Assembly: GCA_964409385.1 (NCBI GenBank)
Contig: CAYPCY010000002.1
Span: 10,608 to 74,607, forward strand
Direction of reading: 5' to 3'
Source: an uncultured Methanosarcinales archaeon
GTDB taxonomy: Archaea > Nanobdellota > Nanobdellia > Woesearchaeales > CAYPCY01
DNA: 64,000 nt
Made by a program: the position numbers and the translations under genes. Shown here piece by piece: positions 62,749-64,000 of the stretch. How positions within the stretch are numbered: position 1 is the stretch's first letter; each line of letters opens with the position of its first letter. The notes beneath the pieces were generated by a model that was not told where the DNA came from, ran no database searches, and saw only the letters and a list, made by a program, of their open reading frames with translations.

Positions 62749-64000
62749 ATGAAGGGTATTCTTGTAATTATGGATGGTTTTGGTCTTTCTAATATTAATG
62801 TGGGTAATGCTATTAAGAAGGCGAGAACTAAAAATTTGGATTTTTTCTTTAATAATTATTCTTTTACTAGGTTGCATGCTTCTGGAGTTCATGTTGGTCT
62901 GCCTAGTAAGTATCAGGGTAGTAGTGAGGTTGGCCATACTAATATTGGTGCTGGTAGGCTTGTTAAGCAGGATCAGGTTAGGATTAATGAGTTGATTTCT
63001 TCTAAAAAGCTTGAACAAAACAAGGCATTGCTTGAAGCGATTGAGAACACTAAAAAAAACAAGTCTAACTTTCATATTATGGGTTTGTTGCAGGATCAGG
63101 GTGTTCATGCTCATCAGGATCATTTGTTTGCTATTATTAGGCTTTGTAAGAAGCATAAGGTTAAGCCTTTAGTTCATGTTTTTGCGGATGGTCGTGATAC
63201 TCCTCCTAAGTCTGTTGGTAGGTTTATTAAGGATTTTGGGAAGAAGGCTAGGATTGTTTCTATTAGTGGTAGGTATTATTCTATGGATAGGGATAAGAGG
63301 TGGAGGAGGACTTGGTTGGCTTATAATGCTTTGATTAAAAAGCCTAAAAGATTGTTTTCTTCGGTTCAGTCGGCTGTTAAGGATGCTTATAATAATGGGG
63401 AGTCTGATGAGTTTATCAAGCCGAGAGTGGTTAGGGGTTTCCAGCCTGTTAAGAAGGAGGATTCTCTTGTTTTTTTTAATTATCGTGCTGATCGCGCTAG
63501 GCAGTTAACTAAGGCTTTTATTGAGAAGGATTTTGACAAGTTTACTGCTGGGGTGAAGCCTTTCTTTGTTGCAATGACTGATTATTATAGTGGGTTGCCT
63601 TGTAAGGTTTTTGTGTCTAAGAGTAAGATTGAGAATTCTTTTGGAGAGTATATTTCTAACTTGGGATTTTCTCAGTTGAGGATTGCTGAGACTGAAAAGT
63701 ATGCTCATGTTACTTATTTCTTTTCTGGAGAGAGGGAAAAGAAATTTGGGAATGAGTCTAGAATTTTAATTCCTAGTCCTAAGATTCCTTTTTATGATAG
63801 TAAGCCTGAAATGTCTGCTTTGAAGATTACTGGTGAGGTTTTGCATGATGTTTCTAGGGAGAAGCATGATTTTATTATTGTTAATTTTGCGAATGTTGAT
63901 ATGGTTGGTCATACTGGTAATTTTGATGCTGCTGTTGAGGCTGTTGAGGTTGTGGATGATTGTATTGGTAGGATTGTTCATGCGGGTTTGCATCATGGTT
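62749..64000 (+). CDS. gpmI: 2,3-bisphosphoglycerate-independent phosphoglycerate mutase (runs off window end; absent from ORF track)
   Basis: Manual translation MKGILVIMDGFG...VGLP...QGSSEVGH.NIGAGR, DGRDTPP, GRYY.MDRD, AETEKYAHVT, DMVGHTG. Confidence 0.95.
   Translation, partial: MKGILVIMDGFGLSNINVGNAIKKARTKNLDFFFNNYSFTRLHASGVHVGLPSKYQGSSEVGHTNIGAGRLVKQDQVRINELISSKKLEQNKALLEAIENTKKNKSNFHIMGLLQDQGVHAHQDHLFAIIRLCKKHKVKPLVHVFADGRDTPPKSVGRFIKDFGKKARIVSISGRYYSMDRDKRWRRTWLAYNALIKKPKRLFSSVQSAVKDAYNNGESDEFIKPRVVRGFQPVKKEDSLVFFNYRADRARQLTKAFIEKDFDKFTAGVKPFFVAMTDYYSGLPCKVFVSKSKIENSFGEYISNLGFSQLRIAETEKYAHVTYFFSGEREKKFGNESRILIPSPKIPFYDSKPEMSALKITGEVLHDVSREKHDFIIVNFANVDMVGHTGNFDAAVEAVEVVDDCIGRIVHAGLHHG

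Noticed and set aside
62737-63996. Short ORFs in the last 1.3 kb
   Set aside because: Shadows of gpmI, which runs off the window
1-64000. CRISPR array, cas genes, integrase or transposase
   Set aside because: No regularly spaced repeat-spacer units or recognisable motifs were seen

Overview
AT-rich archaeal chromosome segment, most consistent with a DPANN (Woesearchaeota/Nanoarchaeota-like) organism. This assignment is inferred from the split rpoB/rpoA, the bridge-helix proline, intron-rich tRNAs and the bacterial-type pentose phosphate genes. 1-30 kb is a cell-surface region: a type IV (Tad/Epd-like) pilus ATPase, two platform proteins and five class III signal-peptide pilins including a 1661-aa repeat adhesin. 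It is interrupted by an opposite-strand enzyme island (spermidine-synthase-like membrane protein, UbiA prenyltransferase, FAD oxidoreductase), two toxin-antitoxin pairs, a second set of secreted beta-proteins sharing an N-terminal motif, a degenerate MoxR and a Rad50/SMC-like ATPase. 30-53 kb is housekeeping: four intron-containing tRNAs (Tyr, Asp, Lys, Leu; six introns, three at non-canonical positions), the RNA polymerase/str cluster, a bacterial-type signal peptidase II, Sm-L37e, a LAGLIDADG gene that reads into tRNA-Leu, the S-layer gene and the GINS-L44e-S27e-aIF2a-Nop10 cluster. 53-64 kb is a lower glycolysis/non-oxidative pentose phosphate cluster. The most striking observations are: (i) an RNA polymerase with substitutions at normally invariant active-site residues (NADFDGD to AADFDGD; trigger-loop FH to KL); (ii) a homing endonuclease gene ending inside a tRNA intron, with the two introns of that tRNA complementary to each other; (iii) conserved structured RNA hairpins interleaved with tRNAs; (iv) a candidate non-type-IV donor-strand fibre system. 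All calls are from manual motif reading, without database searches.
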